Of a stretch of 64,000 bases of DNA, positions 61,487 to 64,000 are shown piece after piece. The stretch is from Cyanophora paradoxa CCMP329. Taxonomy: Eukaryota; Plantae; Glaucophyta. The notes beneath the pieces are model-generated. The model was not told the origin of the DNA, did no database searches, and saw only the letters and a program-made list of their open reading frames with translations. Position 1 is the stretch's first letter. Each line of letters starts with the position of its first letter. The position numbers were made by a program, and so were the translations under genes. The stretch is taken from assembly GCA_004431415.1 (NCBI GenBank), contig QPMI01000256.1:1-64000 (forward strand). The letters are read 5' to 3'.

Positions 61487-62564
61487 ATGAGGGCGGCGGT
61501 GAGGCGGCGTGGGGCGGCGAGGACGACGCATCTCGCGCTGCACCTCCCTGGGACGCCCAATTGCAACGAGGAGCTCGCGCCCTCCCTCCTGAGCAGGAGC
61601 CGCGGCCGCGGCTGGCCTCCCTCGGGCCGGCGCTCGACCCGCCGCTCCCGCCACGACTCGGGAGACGAGAGCGTGAGCCCGATCGAGGTTGGTCCGGGGC
61701 GGGGGCGGGGGCGGGGCGGGGGTGGCGTGGCGGGCGCTGACAAGGCGCAGAGGCAGGATTCGCGGTGCGCGGAGGCGCTGCCCTCGGACGAGGACCTCTC
61801 CCTCGACGGCATGGAGTTGGCGCGCCCTCGGCCCCGCTCCCGCCCCGCCGCAGCCGCTCACACACCGCCCCAGAACACGGACGGCAGCGCCGCGCTCGCG
61901 GATCAGATCGGGGACCTGCACATCGAGCTGGCGCGCCCCGCCCCGCCCGGGCCGGGCCGGGCGGCGGGGCCTCACACGGGGCGCGCAGGACGAGTCGTGG
62001 CTGACGCGCTCGCCGCCGCGCAAGAAGCACGCGCGGACCTCGTTCGGGCCGCCGGGGAGCCCCGTGGTGCGTGGGGCGCGCGGGGGCACGGGGCATGGGG
62101 CGGGCTGACGGCGCGCAGGAGGGCGGCCGGGGCTCGCGGGGCAGCCGCGGGCGACCGACGAGCGTCGTGTGCGAGCCGTCGACGAGCCTGGTGCGGGGGG
62201 CGGGGGGCACGCCTGCGCCGGCTGACGGGCGGGGCAGTCGCCGGTGCGGAGCGCGGGGGCGGACTCGGCGCAGGAGGGGGAGGAGGGGCGGGAGTGCGGG
62301 GGCGGGGCGCTGGAGGGGGCGATGCGGTGCGACCCGCCGGCAGTGGTGCCGCGCTCGTCCTCGGGCTTCCTGCACCGGCCGAAGCCGACGCGGGCGGGGC
62401 TCGCGAGCTCCGTCGGCGCCCGCCGCCGCTCGTGGGGCGGCCCGCCGAGCCCCTCCACCTCCCCCCCCCCCTCGGCGCCGTCTCCGAGGGCGCCCTCTGG
62501 CCCCCGCTCACCGCCCCCGGCCTCTGCTTCCAGGGCTTCGCCCGCCTCCCCGGGCCCCCGGTAG
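61487..62564 (+). CDS. Hypothetical Ser/Pro-rich, likely disordered protein (about 6 exons)
   Basis: Five intron-like segments (GT/GC donor, CTGAC/CTCAC branch, CAG acceptor) splice to an open frame ending TAG at 62564; NLS-like SPPRKKHAR; no recognisable domain. Confidence 0.55.
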
Positions 62565-64000
62565 CTGTATAGCCCTCACCTTTCGACCGCAAGACATTTC
62601 TCGCCGGCGGGACGATTTCTTTTACTTCCGATTTGACTTCTCATGCATATATGCTGCTGGAACCGTCGGAACTGTTACCTTAGTAAGCCTTTGACAAGTT
62701 GATGATATGACCACTGGGCCAGAAATCCGAGCAACTAGTACTGTCAGCTTGTCAGCGTACTTTCATCCCATCTTATCCGTCAATTCATTCGCAGAACGCG
62801 CGCAAAACGCTAGCCTAGTACTAGTTATATAATTAGCCCGCTTGCCTACGCCCACGCCTAGACTAGATCATCGATCGGATGCCATGATGTTGACTTCCAA
62901 ATTAGACTTCAGCTTGCAATTGAAAGCTTTTTAAGATTCTGCAACTGCCGCGCAGCGCATGGGCATAATATTAATATTAACATCGCCGAGTCAGTCAATA
63001 TTACAAGGCCACACTCACGTGTGGTAAGCCCTGCCAATGCTATGCCTGCTGTCACAGTGTCCGCCTAAGTGATAGCTATAGCTGCGCGGAGCAGTCTGCA
63101 GGGGTATAGGAGGGCCTGGAAGGCGCAGTGGTCCGACTGAGATGGGCCCCGGCGGCCCGGCGGGACGGTCGGTGGTTCCGATTCTGATCATGAGCGCATG
63201 CGGTCAATGATAATATAATGTCAATCACCGAGTCGGTGTCGCTTTGGCGGACCATGTATTTCCGGTGTTGCCGGTGCAGGCAGCAACGGATGGCGTGCGA
63301 GCCAGTTAGCCTCCCGACGGGCCTCGAGCCAGTCCTGCCGACGACCCCAGCAACATAGTTCACCGCCCTCGGGTCCTGGAAGCACGTGCAACTTGTCCTG
63401 TAATGCTGCGCAGCAGAAATATCGAGGGCCGCGCTCACCTATGATGCAGCGCTCATAATCAGCAGCTTATAATTACCTATCGGCAGCGCTGCGCGAACAT
63501 GTCAATTAATATTTTGGATTTGAGAGGCTGTCATATGCATGTAATTAATGCGCATGCACTTTCTCTCCAGGGGCATTTAAATGCGATGTAGGAAGCAGCT
63601 CGGGCTTGCTCTTCTTCTTCGTGCTTTTTCTTCTCCTCTTGCCGCGCTTTTTGTTGACGCGCGTCCTCTTGGCGTGCATATTCTTCACGTGCTTCTTGTT
63701 CCTGGCGCGCTTGTTTCTCTGGGCGCAGTAAGCTGACGGCTTCACGATCGCTTCGGTTCGAATTCGTCGCTTCGATATAGCGTACCTTTCTTACGCGCGC
63801 GGCACCTGTGTTGTGCCTCTGTGTTGCTCGTTGTTGAATACCCGGGATCAAGCGGCGCTGGCGCTGCTGCTGCGGAGCTGTGCGAATCCGGAGCTGCTGC
63901 GAATCGGACCCGCTCAGGCACACGCGCCTACGTATACGCCTGATCTCGAGAAAGAAACTTGAAACGCACGTGGCCATGGGACAACAGCAACGATACGATT

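Overview
This is very GC-rich, intron-dense eukaryotic nuclear DNA. The raw ORF track is mostly noise, so I rebuilt genes by hand-splicing short (~50-150 nt) GT/GC-AG introns with CTGAC/CTGAG/CTCAC branch motifs. SSNA1, SLBP, an omega-3-type desaturase and a plant-type snRNA upstream element (USE) suggest a flagellated alga or protist, possibly Archaeplastida (inference). Genes in order: F-box/WD40(-), FCF1(+), DTD(-), KDM4-like JmjN/JmjC with two zf-CW(+), Ddl-like ATP-grasp/SET fusion(-), giant Gtb3/PelF-like GT4(+), a lower-GC region of duplications and repeats, U1 snRNA(-), omega-3-type desaturase(+), a large beta-helix multi-TM surface protein(-), a second identical U1(-), PGAP1(-), SSNA1(+), CGR1/CCDC86(-), an EF-hand-like protein(+), SLBP(-) and a hypothetical(+). 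Four observations stand out. (1) Both U1 genes have Pol III-type promoter geometry and a T5 run just downstream. (2) The U1 5' end is canonical, but most 5' splice sites (G[T/C][G/C]CG, many GC donors) pair poorly with it. (3) A fungal Gtb3-like synthase sits head-to-head with a bacterial-type ATP-grasp/degenerate SET gene. (4) A hAT-type MITE is supported by an empty paralogous site. Protein family calls rest on recalled motifs, not database searches. Several single-base frameshifts in G/C runs look like sequencing errors, so some gene ends are approximate.
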